The notes under the pieces: model-generated
The model's database searches: none
Told to the model about the DNA's origin: nothing
Seen by the model: the letters and a program-made list of their open reading frames with translations, nothing else
In this document: positions 48,316-57,705 of the stretch, piece by piece
Numbering within the stretch: position 1 is the stretch's first letter
How the letters are laid out: each line of letters starts with the position of its first letter
Position numbers and translations under genes: made by a program
Assembly: GCA_041500065.1 (NCBI GenBank)
Contig: JBGQLL010000001.1
Location: 1-57,705 of the forward strand
Length of the DNA: 57,705 nt
Source of the DNA: Pseudolabrys sp.
GTDB taxonomy: Bacteria > Pseudomonadota > Alphaproteobacteria > Rhizobiales > Xanthobacteraceae
Reading direction: 5' to 3'

Positions 48316-49110
48316 ATGCTTGTCGACAGTCATTGCCACCTGGATTTCCCGGACTTTTCGACCGAGCTTGACGCGATCGTCGCGCGGGCACGTGCAGCGG
48401 GTATCGGCCGCCTCGTGACCATCTCAACGCGCGTGAAGAAACACGCGCAGGTGCTGGCAATTGCTGAAAAGTTTCCCGAAGTCTTCTGTTCGATCGGCAC
48501 ACATCCGCACTACTCGCACGAGGAGACGGACATTGACGCCGCCAAACTGATCGCGATTTCGAAGCATCCGAAAGTAGTGGCGATCGGGGAGGCCGGGCTC
48601 GACTATTTTCGCAACAATAGTCCGCGGGACGCGCAGGCCGCAAGTTTACGGCAACATATTGCAGCGGCTCGCGAGACCGGCTTGCCGCTGGTGATTCATT
48701 CGCGCGACTGCGATGCCGACATGGCCCGGATTTTGCGCGAGGAAAGCGGGAAGGGCACCTTCCCGGCTGTCCTGCATTGTTTCACCGGCGGCCGCGACCT
48801 AGCTTTCGCGGCCGTGGACCTGGGGCACTATGTGTCTTTCACGGGCATTCTGACCTTCAAGAATTCGGACGCCTTGCGCGAAGTTGCAGCTGCGCTGCCG
48901 GGCGACCGCATCATGGTCGAGACCGATGCGCCTTATCTCGCACCACTGCCGTATCGGGGAAAGCGCAACGAACCCGCATATGTAGCCGAAACGGCTAAAG
49001 TCTTAGCGGATACGCGTGGCGTTTCTGCCGACGAGATTGCGCGCCAGACGACGGAGAATTTTTTCCGGCTGTTCAGCAAAGTGCCCCGTGTGGTGGCAGA
49101 CGCCGCATGA
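48316..49110 (+). CDS. tatD: TatD family hydrolase
   Basis: DSHCHLD, GTHPH, IGEAGLDY, IHSR, LHCF, ETDAPYL. Confidence 0.94.
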   Translation: MLVDSHCHLDFPDFSTELDAIVARARAAGIGRLVTISTRVKKHAQVLAIAEKFPEVFCSIGTHPHYSHEETDIDAAKLIAISKHPKVVAIGEAGLDYFRNNSPRDAQAASLRQHIAAARETGLPLVIHSRDCDADMARILREESGKGTFPAVLHCFTGGRDLAFAAVDLGHYVSFTGILTFKNSDALREVAAALPGDRIMVETDAPYLAPLPYRGKRNEPAYVAETAKVLADTRGVSADEIARQTTENFFRLFSKVPRVVADAA

Positions 49111-49904
49111 CATTAACCTTCACCATCCTGGGCTGCGGCTCGTCGATGGGCGTTCCGCGGGTGGCGCTCGGCTGGGGTGATTGCGACCCGAACAATCCTA
49201 AGAATCGGCGGCGGCGTTGCTCGCTGCTGGTTGAACGCATGAATTCCCAAGGGCATCGGACGCGCGTGCTCGTCGACTGCTCGCCCGATCTCCGCATGCA
49301 GCTCTTGGATGCCGAGGTCGATTGGGTCGATGGCGTCTTGATTACGCACGAGCATGCCGATCACACGCACGGCATTGACGACTTACGCCCGCTGTTCGTG
49401 CACAGGCGCCGGCGCGTCGATGTCTACCTGGATGAGCCCACCTCCCGCGCGATGCACGCCCGGTTTGCCTATTGCTTCATGACGCCGCACGGTAGCGAAT
49501 ATCCCCCGATTGCCTCGGAGAAACGTCTGGTCCCAGGCGAGCGGGTTATCATCGCTGGGCAGGGCGGCCCTATCGAGGCGTTGCCTGTTCTCCAGGAGCA
49601 CGGCGACATCCCGTCGTTGGGGTTCCGTTTTGGCAATGTGGCCTATTCGGCCGATATCAAGGGGCTGTCGGTGGACAGCGTCGCGGCTCTGAGTGGCCTC
49701 GACGTCTGGATCGTCGACGCGCTGCGTAAGACGCCACACCCAAGCCATTTCAACCTCGATGAAGCGTTGGACTGGATCGCCAGGGTCAAACCAAGGCGAG
49801 CTATCCTGACCAACCTGCACACCGATATGGACTACGCAGCGCTGCGGTTGCATTTGCCGGCAACAGTGGAACCAGCCTATGACCGGATGAGCTTCAAGGC
49901 CTGA
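49107..49904 (+). CDS. MBL-fold metallo-hydrolase (PhnP/YycJ-like)
   Basis: LGCGSSMGVP, THEHADHTHG, HPSHF. ATGA overlap with tatD. Confidence 0.9.
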   Translation: MTLTFTILGCGSSMGVPRVALGWGDCDPNNPKNRRRRCSLLVERMNSQGHRTRVLVDCSPDLRMQLLDAEVDWVDGVLITHEHADHTHGIDDLRPLFVHRRRRVDVYLDEPTSRAMHARFAYCFMTPHGSEYPPIASEKRLVPGERVIIAGQGGPIEALPVLQEHGDIPSLGFRFGNVAYSADIKGLSVDSVAALSGLDVWIVDALRKTPHPSHFNLDEALDWIARVKPRRAILTNLHTDMDYAALRLHLPATVEPAYDRMSFKA

Positions 49905-49992
49905 AGTGACCTTGACGCTGCCGGCCAGCCCATTGAAGCATCGATTTTTATCTAAATGCGTTCCATCCGCTGTAAATCAGGCTTTATTGGAA

Positions 49993-50020
49993 ATATTCCA
50001 TAATATGTCTTATGCGAATC
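49993..50020 (-). other. dif: dif site (XerCD chromosome dimer resolution)
   Basis: Reverse complement GATTCGCATAA-GACATA-TTATGGAATAT has 11-6-11 architecture like E. coli GGTGCGCATAA-TGTATA-TTATGTTAAAT; intergenic and AT-rich. Confidence 0.85.
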
Positions 50021-50115
50021 GCGGATGTGTGGTCGCGGCGGTGGTCACGCTTTGCTACGGTGATGCGGTCGCTCGCTGAACCCCAGATCAGATCCACCTC
50101 AAGTCCGGTCCCCGT

Positions 50116-50922
50116 GTGAAGCCCTCCCGCGATATCTCCCGCCTGATCGAGATCATGGCGGCGCTGCGCACGCCTGGAAGCGGTTGCCCGTGGGACCTCG
50201 AACAGAATTTCCGGACAATTGCTCCCTATACGCTTGAGGAAGCCTATGAGGTGGCCGACGCCATTGCGCGCGACGACCTTGCGGGACTGAAGGACGAGCT
50301 GGGCGATCTTCTTTTGCAGGTCGTATTCCACGCCCGGATGGCACAGGAGCAGCGCGTCTTCGATTTTGCCGACGTGGTTGAGGCCATTACGGCGAAGCTG
50401 ATCCGCCGGCATCCGCACGTCTTTGCCGACGCGGACGGCAAGACGGCCAAGGCCGTTGAGGGGCTGTGGGCACGGATCAAGGCCGAGGAAAGGGCCGAAC
50501 GCGGCGAAGAGGTGCCCGATGGAGCCTTGGCCGGGGTGCCGGTCGCCCTGCCCGCATTAACCAGAGCCCTGATGCTCCAGGACAAAGCTGGCCGTGTTGG
50601 CTTCGACTGGAACGATCCGCGCGCGGTCCTCGCCAAAATCCGAGAAGAGGCAGACGAAATCGAAGCAGAGCTTGACCGTGGCGACAAAGGCCGGACGGCT
50701 GGCGAAGTTGGTGATCTTCTGTTCGCGGTCGTCAATCTCGCCCGCCATCTCGACGCGGACCCCGAAGGCGTCCTGCGCGAGACCAATATCAAGTTCGAAC
50801 GCCGCTTCGCTGCGATCGAGCGCGCATTGGCCGCGCGCGGAAAATCACCCAAAGATGCAAGTCTGGCCGAAATGGACAGGCTGTGGGACGAGGCTAAGGC
50901 GGCCGAAATATCTAAACGCTGA
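50116..50922 (+). CDS. mazG: Nucleoside triphosphate pyrophosphohydrolase
   Basis: GCPWDLEQ, EEAYEV, ELGDLL, RRHPHVF, EVGDLLF. Confidence 0.95.
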   Translation: MKPSRDISRLIEIMAALRTPGSGCPWDLEQNFRTIAPYTLEEAYEVADAIARDDLAGLKDELGDLLLQVVFHARMAQEQRVFDFADVVEAITAKLIRRHPHVFADADGKTAKAVEGLWARIKAEERAERGEEVPDGALAGVPVALPALTRALMLQDKAGRVGFDWNDPRAVLAKIREEADEIEAELDRGDKGRTAGEVGDLLFAVVNLARHLDADPEGVLRETNIKFERRFAAIERALAARGKSPKDASLAEMDRLWDEAKAAEISKR

Positions 50923-52276
50923 ACTTTGCACGCACCTGCGCGGCCTTGTCGGGGTCGGCGCGTACTGTCACCGCAAGACGACCGTCGTCGCGCAGATCCT
51001 TGGACAGCACCTCTGAATGCCGGTAGAGCCAGCTCAAGCCTGCGCCGTCAGCGGGATCAATTGAGAGCTCGAGAGTCTGGCGGGTTTCGCTCAAGCGCGT
51101 TTCGATCGCTCCTATCAAGCGGTCGATCCCCTCGCCACTCAAAGCTGACACAGCCACGGTCCGCCGATGCGACGGTTGCCGCTCAACAAGATTAAGCAAC
51201 CTTGCGCGGCCTTCGCTGTCGAGCCGGTCGATCTTGTTCCATACCTCGATCAAGCGCCGGTCGGAGGCTGCGATGCCGAGTTCGGTGAGCACCTTTTCAA
51301 CATCGTGAGATTGTGCATCGGAGTCCTGATGCGACACGTCGCGCACATGCAGAATGACATCCGCCTCGATCACCTCTTCCAAGGTTGCGCGAAAAGCGGC
51401 AACCAGCATGGTGGGAAGATCCGAAATAAATCCAACCGTATCCGACAGAATGATCCGGACGCCTTGTGGTAGATCGACTGCGCGTAGTGTCGGATCGAGG
51501 GTGGCGAACAGCATGTCGGCCGATAACACGCTTGCTGCGGTCATGCGATTGAACAGCGTCGATTTGCCCGCATTGGTGTAACCAACCAGCGCCACAATCG
51601 GATAAGGCACGCGCTTTCGACTATCGCGGTGCAGTTTGCGGGTGCGCTTGACCTTGTCGAGCTCTGCCTCGATGCGCGCAATGCGATCCTCGATGACCCG
51701 CCGGTCCGCTTCGATCTGGGTCTCGCCTGGGCCGCCGAGAAAGCCAAATCCGCCACGTTGACGCTCAAGATGTGTCCACGAGCGGACCAGTCGGCTCTTC
51801 TGATAAGTGAGATGTGCGAGCTCGACTTGCAGCGCGCCTTCGCGTGTGCGCGCCCGCCGTCCGAAGATTTCGAGAATCAAACCTGTGCGGTCGATAACCT
51901 TCGTATTCCACGCCTTCTCCAGATTGCGCTGCTGGACCGGCGAGACGGGGCAATCCATCACGACAATGGAAGCCGAAAGGCTTTTCGCCAAACCCGCAAT
52001 TTCATCGACTTTGCCCTTGCCGATATAAGTCGCAGGGCGAATGTCGTTGAGCGTCACCAGCCCCGCCTCGACCACCGTCAGGTCGATGGCGCGGGCAAGG
52101 CCGACGGCCTCCTCAAGCCGCGCCTCGGGCGTGCGCACATCCGTCGACGTTCGCATGCCGCCTTTCGGCGGCAGTTTCTTCAGCCAGGGTTCAATGACAA
52201 TCGCACGACCGGTCTCGGCGCCCGATGCGGTTGGGCTCAGGAGATCGGCGCGTTGATCACGGCGGCGTAGTTCCAA
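50912..52276 (-). CDS. hflX: GTPase HflX
   Basis: GPGETQIE, GYTNAGKS, LFATLD, DTVG, NKID. TTG start abuts the hfq stop. Confidence 0.96.
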   Translation of the reverse strand: MELRRRDQRADLLSPTASGAETGRAIVIEPWLKKLPPKGGMRTSTDVRTPEARLEEAVGLARAIDLTVVEAGLVTLNDIRPATYIGKGKVDEIAGLAKSLSASIVVMDCPVSPVQQRNLEKAWNTKVIDRTGLILEIFGRRARTREGALQVELAHLTYQKSRLVRSWTHLERQRGGFGFLGGPGETQIEADRRVIEDRIARIEAELDKVKRTRKLHRDSRKRVPYPIVALVGYTNAGKSTLFNRMTAASVLSADMLFATLDPTLRAVDLPQGVRIILSDTVGFISDLPTMLVAAFRATLEEVIEADVILHVRDVSHQDSDAQSHDVEKVLTELGIAASDRRLIEVWNKIDRLDSEGRARLLNLVERQPSHRRTVAVSALSGEGIDRLIGAIETRLSETRQTLELSIDPADGAGLSWLYRHSEVLSKDLRDDGRLAVTVRADPDKAAQVRAKFSV

Positions 52277-52537
52277 TCAGACCTTGTCTCCGACCGGCGG
52301 CTCGTCGGCACCTTCGAAGAGCTGGATGGGATGACCCGGCATAATGGTCGAGATCGCATGCTTGTAGACGAGTTGGGAGTGACCGTCCCGCCTCAACAGC
52401 ACGCAGAAGTTATCGAACCAGGTCACCACGCCCTGCAATTTGACGCCATTCACCAGAAAGATAGTGAGAGGGATTTTGCTTTTGCGGACGTGATTGAGAA
52501 AAGTGTCTTGAAGATTTTGCGCACGATCGGCTGCCAT
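52277..52537 (-). CDS. hfq: RNA chaperone Hfq
   Basis: [32 protein letters not shown]. Confidence 0.97.
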   Translation of the reverse strand: MAADRAQNLQDTFLNHVRKSKIPLTIFLVNGVKLQGVVTWFDNFCVLLRRDGHSQLVYKHAISTIMPGHPIQLFEGADEPPVGDKV

Positions 52538-52775
52538 GGCCGTTTTTCCATTTTTGCTCGCGTCTAGCGCGCGAGACCTTTCTTTGCCCAAGTCCTTCCG
52601 CATGCGTCCAAAAGCATGCGCCGCTTTGCCCCTCGCAGAAGCAGTGCGAGGCCCGGGAACCGCTATTAGATTGCAGGTGCTCTCCGGGCGCAAGCACAAG
52701 TTGGCAGAAGCCGCGTCAAATCACTGAAATAGCGCGATTTTTCGAGTTTTCGCGGAGCCGCACAAACGGAAATCT

Positions 52776-53636
52776 CTATTCGCTGGTCTCGGCGTGGCGG
52801 TGATAGTCACGGCGCAAAGCCGTCGCGATCAGTCCGGGCGCCCCATTTCCGACAGGGCGACCATCAATGCTCACGACCGGCAAGACGATCTGGCTTGCGG
52901 AGGTGATGAAGGCTTCGCGCGCGGCATAGGCCTCCTCGACCGTAAAGCACCGCTCTTCAAAGGCGAGCCCCTGCGCCTTGATCACGTCGATCACAACCGA
53001 GCGCGTTATGCCGGCCAAGATATCGTGGCCGAGCGGATGGGTGATCAGCTTGCCGTCGCGGCTCACAATCCAGGCGTTCGACGATGCGCCCTCGGTGACG
53101 CAGCCTTCGCCGTCGACGAGCCAGGCTTCGCGTGCCCCCTGCTCCCGAGCGGTCTGTTTGGCCAACACATTCGGTAACAGGGCTACCGATTTGATATCGA
53201 CGCGTTTCCAGCGATTGTCCGGGACGGTGACGACAGCAATCCCTTCCGCCGCGGTCTGCTCAAGGCGCTCCAGATCACTGCTGCGCGCGGTGACGACCAG
53301 AGACGGCCGCGTATCGTCGGCCGGAAATGGAAAATCCCGTCGCGCGACGCCGCGGGTGACCTGAACATAGACGATGCCATCGCGGACGCGATTGCGCCGG
53401 ATTGTTTCGCGCAACACAACCGCAAGCGCTGCTGGCGACATTGGTCGCGCGATACGTAATTCGCCAAGCGAACGGCCGAGGCGCGCCATGTGTCGCCGCT
53501 CGTCGACCACACGCCCTCCCCTGACCTCACAGACCTCGTAGACGCCGTCTGCAAATTGGTATCCGCGGTCTTCGACGGCGACCTTGGCCTCGCTCCGCGG
53601 CAAATAACGGCCATTGACGTAAGCGATGCGCGACAT
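52776..53636 (-). CDS. dat: D-amino-acid aminotransferase (class IV PLP)
   Basis: EDRGYQFADGVYEV, DIKSVALL, TEGASSN, ILAGITR. Confidence 0.92.
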   Translation of the reverse strand: MSRIAYVNGRYLPRSEAKVAVEDRGYQFADGVYEVCEVRGGRVVDERRHMARLGRSLGELRIARPMSPAALAVVLRETIRRNRVRDGIVYVQVTRGVARRDFPFPADDTRPSLVVTARSSDLERLEQTAAEGIAVVTVPDNRWKRVDIKSVALLPNVLAKQTAREQGAREAWLVDGEGCVTEGASSNAWIVSRDGKLITHPLGHDILAGITRSVVIDVIKAQGLAFEERCFTVEEAYAAREAFITSASQIVLPVVSIDGRPVGNGAPGLIATALRRDYHRHAETSE

Positions 53637-53642
53637 GAAACG

Positions 53643-55016
53643 CTAATCGATCCCGAGTGCTTTGAGCTTGCGATGCAAAGCGGAGCGCTCCATCCCGACG
53701 AATTCTGCGGTTCGCGAGATGTTGCCGCCGAACCGGCTGATCTGCGCGACCAGATATTCGCGCTCGAAAACCTCGCGGGCATCGCGTAGCGGCAGACCCA
53801 TCAGATGCTCGCCGCCATTGCCGTTCGGCATGCTCGGCACCATTGAGCCAACGTCCGGAGGCAGCATGCTCGCATTCATCACCGCATCGGGATCACCGCC
53901 GGCAAGAATCATCAACCGCTCGATGTTGTTTCGCAACTGGCGCACATTTCCGGGCCAATTGTGTGATTGCAGGACTGCCATGGCGTCATCGCCGATACGC
54001 CGTTTTGGAAGGCCGGTCGCCAGCGAAATCTGATCCATGAAATAGTCGACGAGATCCGGAACATCTTCCCGCCGTTCCGCCAGCGGCGGCACGCGGATCG
54101 GCACGACCGCAAGACGATGATAGAGGTCCTCGCGAAATTTGCCTTCGGCGATCAGCAGTTCGAGATTGCGCGAGGTCGACGACACAATGCGGACATCGAC
54201 AGCGATCTTGGTGCTGCCGCCGACGCGCTGGAATGTCTGATCCACGAGCACACGCAAGATCTTGTTTTGGGTCTCTCGCGGAAGGTCGGCAATGTCATCA
54301 AAAAACAGTGTACCGCCATGCGCTTCTTCCAGCGCGCCGGGCTTGCGCCCTTCAGAGCCGTTAGATTGATCAACGCCAAATAGCTCGACTTCCATGCGCT
54401 CGGGTGTAATAGCGGCTGCGTTAATGACGACAAAGGGACCGCTGGCCCGTCCCGACAATTGATGAAGTGTTCGCGTCGCGAGTTCCTTGCCCGCCCCCGA
54501 GGGACCGATGACCAGCACTCGGCTATTGGTCGGCGCCACGCGTTCGATGGCCTGACGCAATTGCGCGATCGCGGCGGAGTGGCCAATCAAGGTCGCGGGC
54601 TGCGGCGACAGCTGCTTGAGTTGCTTGACCTCGCGTTTGAGCCGAGAGTTTTCCAGGGCACGGTCGGCTACCAGGACCAGCCGGTCAGCCTTGAACGGTT
54701 TCTCGATGAAATCGTAGGCGCCATGCTTGATGGCAGCCACCGCGGTCTCGATGTTGCCATGGCCGGAAATCATCACGACTGGAAGCTCGGAATGCTCTTG
54801 CTTGACGGCGTCAAGCAATTGCAGACCGTCGAGCTTGCTGCCCTGCAACCAAATATCGAGAAAAACCAGATTTGGCCGTCGCGTTGTGATTGCCGCGAGC
54901 GCGTCATCGCTGTTGCGCGCGGTCCGCGTGCTGTAACCCTCATCCTGCAAGATACCCGCCACAAGATCGCGGATATCGGCCTCATCGTCGACGATTAGAA
55001 TTTCAGCGGCCATCAC
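53643..55016 (-). CDS. ntrX: Response regulator NtrX
   Basis: REC domain (LDIWL), GPSGAGKE, no GAFTGA, WPGNVRQLRN, HTH GMERSALHRK. Confidence 0.95.
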   Translation of the reverse strand: MMAAEILIVDDEADIRDLVAGILQDEGYSTRTARNSDDALAAITTRRPNLVFLDIWLQGSKLDGLQLLDAVKQEHSELPVVMISGHGNIETAVAAIKHGAYDFIEKPFKADRLVLVADRALENSRLKREVKQLKQLSPQPATLIGHSAAIAQLRQAIERVAPTNSRVLVIGPSGAGKELATRTLHQLSGRASGPFVVINAAAITPERMEVELFGVDQSNGSEGRKPGALEEAHGGTLFFDDIADLPRETQNKILRVLVDQTFQRVGGSTKIAVDVRIVSSTSRNLELLIAEGKFREDLYHRLAVVPIRVPPLAERREDVPDLVDYFMDQISLATGLPKRRIGDDAMAVLQSHNWPGNVRQLRNNIERLMILAGGDPDAVMNASMLPPDVGSMVPSMPNGNGGEHLMGLPLRDAREVFEREYLVAQISRFGGNISRTAEFVGMERSALHRKLKALGID

Positions 55017-57262
55017 GTCACCCGCGCACGATCTTGAGTTTTTTCAGGTTCAGCGGAGTCGACTTTGCCCTCGGCGGCAAAGCGTACACGCACCCAGGCA
55101 CCGCGCTGCCCGGGGATCTTTTCTGCTGCGTCGCGTAGCTCAATGCTGCCGCCATGCTCCTCGACAATGCGCCCGACGATAGCGAGGCCGAGCCCGGTCC
55201 CCTTCTCCCGGGTGGTGACATACGGCTCGAGCAGCCGATTACGGTTCGACGCTGGCAAGCCGATGCCGTTATCAACGACATCGATCACGATGTCGGCGCC
55301 ATCGCGAGCGACATAGACATGGATTGTGCCCTTACCGAGCTCCGCCGGGGATACCGCCGCAATTGCTTCGGTCGCGTTCTTGATGATGTTGGTCAGGGCC
55401 TGCGAGATCAATCGCCGGTCAAAACGCGCCGGCATCGGATCTTCCGAAATCTCTGCATCGATATTGATTTCAGAATTGCCGACACGCATCAAGAACACTG
55501 TCTGCCGCACCGCATCGGCGACATCTTCCGCGGCGAGCACCGGTTTCGGCATTCGCGCGAAATGAGAAAATTCGTCGACCATCCGTCTTATGTCATCGAC
55601 CTGCCGAACGATGGTATCGGTACACTGTTCGAAAACGGCACGGTCCTCACCAATCATTTTCCCGTATTTGCGTCGCAGCCGTTCGGCCGAAAGCTGAATC
55701 GGTGTGAGTGGATTCTTGATCTCATGCGCGATGCGTCGCGCCACGTCGGCCCAAGCCGACGTACGCTGCGCGGTCACAAGCTCGGTAATATCGTCGAGTG
55801 TCACCACGTAGCCGCGATCGGAATCGCCCGACTGCTCGCTGGTGACGCGCACCGACAAATTGCGTTCGCGACCGTTGCGGGTGATCGTAATCTGATCTTG
55901 GGTGGGCGCGCCCGATTGCGCCGCAGCCATGGTGTCTGCAAGCTCAGGCAGAACTCCATTCAGTGGCCGGCCAAGCGCTTCGTTTTCGGTGCACCCGATC
56001 AGCTTTTCCGCCGACCGGTTCAGGATGCTGACTTTTCCTTCGCTATCGACGCCAATGACGCCCGCGCTGGCGCCAGCAAGCACGGCTTCGGTGAACCGCC
56101 GACGGCTATCGATGAGATCACGCGCATGCATGATGTCATCGCGCTGTGTGCGCAATTCCTGAATCATGCGATTAAAAGTTTCGCCGAGGTGTGCGAGATC
56201 GCCTTCTGCCTGGCGCACCGGAACTCGAACATGAAGGTTCCCCGTCGAGACGGCATTAGCAGCGCCGATCAGCCGGCGGATCGGCGCGACCAGGCGATTG
56301 GCAAAGTTGAAGCCAATCCAGACCGCAGAAAGAAGCACAATCAAGGCGATTACTGTGTACATCAACGCAAAGGCAACCTGTACGCCGACGCGTCTTGATT
56401 CCAACGCGGCATATTCGGTGACGCTCGCTCGCGTGGCTTGCAATTGCGGCACAACGCGCGGATCGAGCAACCTCGTTATATAGAGATAGTAGTTGTCGTA
56501 TTGATCGAGCTTGACGATTGCCGCGACATAGTTGGTATCCGGCAACAGAACGATTTGCGGTTCCTTGTCGGTGATGTGAGACAATGCATCGCGCGGCGGC
56601 AGCGCAAAGGTCTGATTCACATTTACGTCGGCACGCGCAATGACCTTAAGATCTTTGTCAATTACGATCGCCGCTGCCAGACCGCGCACTGAAGCCTGGA
56701 AAGTAAGAAACTGCCGGAGCTTGTCCGGATCTTGATCAAAAACGGTTTTGGTGCGCGCGATATCGAAGGCCATAACCATGATATCGGATCGCACGATCTG
56801 CGCGTGGTCGCGCAGATAGGCCTCCGCGACGATGAGCGAGTTCTCGATCGCCGAGCGCGTGCGTGTGGAAAATAGCCGGTCAAGCCCACGGTCGAGAGTA
56901 ACGCTTGCAACGATCGCTACCATGATCGCCGGCGCAGCGGCGATGATGGAGAACAGGCCCACGATGCGCACGTGCAACCGCGCGGCGGCACGTCCGCTTC
57001 GCCGCGCCTGCACGACTTGCCACACTTCCCGCACGATGAGGCTCAGCAGCAGCAGGACGGTCGCTGCATTCGCCAGTAACAGCGTGACCACGACATAGTG
57101 GGTCGGCGAAATGGGAGTGAGGTCGGCAAGAACGACGAAGGTGACGAAGGCCGACAACAGGGCAAGCCCGACCGCAATCGGACCGAGAATGCGCGTCTCG
57201 CCCCGCTTCGCGGGTGCGCCGGCAAGCGCTGTTTCGGCGGTGGCGGCTTGTTCGACGCTCAT
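55013..57262 (-). CDS. ntrY: Sensor histidine kinase NtrY
   Basis: TM segments, HAMP, PAS, AHEIKNPLTPI, NIIKNA, DNGIG, GTGLGL. Start taken at MSVEQ. Confidence 0.95.
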   Translation of the reverse strand: MSVEQAATAETALAGAPAKRGETRILGPIAVGLALLSAFVTFVVLADLTPISPTHYVVVTLLLANAATVLLLLSLIVREVWQVVQARRSGRAAARLHVRIVGLFSIIAAAPAIMVAIVASVTLDRGLDRLFSTRTRSAIENSLIVAEAYLRDHAQIVRSDIMVMAFDIARTKTVFDQDPDKLRQFLTFQASVRGLAAAIVIDKDLKVIARADVNVNQTFALPPRDALSHITDKEPQIVLLPDTNYVAAIVKLDQYDNYYLYITRLLDPRVVPQLQATRASVTEYAALESRRVGVQVAFALMYTVIALIVLLSAVWIGFNFANRLVAPIRRLIGAANAVSTGNLHVRVPVRQAEGDLAHLGETFNRMIQELRTQRDDIMHARDLIDSRRRFTEAVLAGASAGVIGVDSEGKVSILNRSAEKLIGCTENEALGRPLNGVLPELADTMAAAQSGAPTQDQITITRNGRERNLSVRVTSEQSGDSDRGYVVTLDDITELVTAQRTSAWADVARRIAHEIKNPLTPIQLSAERLRRKYGKMIGEDRAVFEQCTDTIVRQVDDIRRMVDEFSHFARMPKPVLAAEDVADAVRQTVFLMRVGNSEINIDAEISEDPMPARFDRRLISQALTNIIKNATEAIAAVSPAELGKGTIHVYVARDGADIVIDVVDNGIGLPASNRNRLLEPYVTTREKGTGLGLAIVGRIVEEHGGSIELRDAAEKIPGQRGAWVRVRFAAEGKVDSAEPEKTQDRARVT

Positions 57263-57356
57263 AGACCCCTGACGCGGAAAACTTGGGGGAGCGGCTGCCC
57301 CAGCTGGACAAAGCACGCCCAGCGGTTTGGCCCTCCCGGGCACTGATGCTTTTATA

Positions 57357-57380
57357 CAACAATGTTGCCGAATTGCGACA
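57357..57380. promoter_or_regulatory. Possible regulator sites upstream of ntrY
   Basis: CAA-caatg-TTG overlapping the imperfect palindrome TGTTGCcgaattGCGACA. Confidence 0.3.
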
Positions 57381-57418
57381 AATCCGCGGCGCAAAAGCCC
57401 GAATTCAAGGAGCTGGGG

Positions 57419-57705
57419 TCAGGTACCGCCGCGGAAAACCTGGATATCGAGATCGCGGATTTTCTTGCGCAGAGTGTTGCGGTTAAGCCCCAAAAGATCC
57501 GCAGCGCGGATTTGATTGCCACGGGTGGCCGCCAAAGCCGCTGTCAACAAAGGATATTCGACCTCGCGCAGAATGCGATGATACAGGCCGGCGGGCGGCA
57601 AGCCGTCATCGAAGCCCGAAAAATAGGTTGCGAGATGCCGCTCAACGGCCCCGCTGAGGTTTTCTTCGCCACGCGGCTCCTCGCTGCCAAGCGGAAGCGA
57701 CGGCT
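57419..57705 (-). CDS. ntrC: Nitrogen regulator NtrC, C-terminal part (truncated by the window)
   Basis: [30 protein letters not shown] Fis-type HTH, upstream of ntrY. Confidence 0.92.
   Translation of the reverse strand, partial: PSLPLGSEEPRGEENLSGAVERHLATYFSGFDDGLPPAGLYHRILREVEYPLLTAALAATRGNQIRAADLLGLNRNTLRKKIRDLDIQVFRGGT

Noticed and set aside
53643-55016. NtrX lacking the GAFTGA loop
   Set aside because: An already known property of alphaproteobacterial NtrX, so not novel.
1-57705. CRISPR array, prophage, IS element or anti-phage defence genes
   Set aside because: No regularly spaced repeats and no cas, transposase, integrase or phage structural motifs were seen.

Overview
Alphaproteobacterial chromosomal DNA (Rhizobiales; gene content suggests Xanthobacteraceae/Nitrobacteraceae, by inference) that spans the replication terminus. 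A 28-bp dif-like XerCD site lies at 49993-50020. The rightward rlpA-dacA-tmk-holB...metG...tatD-MBL backbone and the leftward ntrC-ntrY-ntrX-dat-hfq-hflX backbone converge near it. Accessory blocks from left to right: (1) an AT-richer surface-glycan block (1-6.3 kb) with a CapK/PaaK-like ligase, an Omp25-family porin, two glycosyltransferase-like genes and an unannotated, internally deleted pseudogene copy of one of them; (2) a catabolic cluster with no regulator in view (6.6-18.3 kb): amidohydrolases, DUF3500, class II aldolase, CoA ligase, three dehydrogenases and a TRAP transporter; (3) tRNA-Ser(TGA) followed by about 6 kb of very small genes, including a tandemly duplicated convergent pair of small membrane-protein genes, CRP-type boxes and a two-hairpin sRNA candidate; (4) two orphan solute-binding proteins, an orphan flgC-like gene, DUF2336 and a Cys-rich secreted miniprotein; (5) a sulfatase locus (FGE, Tat-exported arylsulfatase, three DUF1254/DUF1214 proteins, DUF3302 plus HlyD, divergent outer-membrane channel); (6) a 931-aa seven-repeat lipoprotein inserted between metG and tatD. 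All family assignments come from motif recognition by eye, not database searches.
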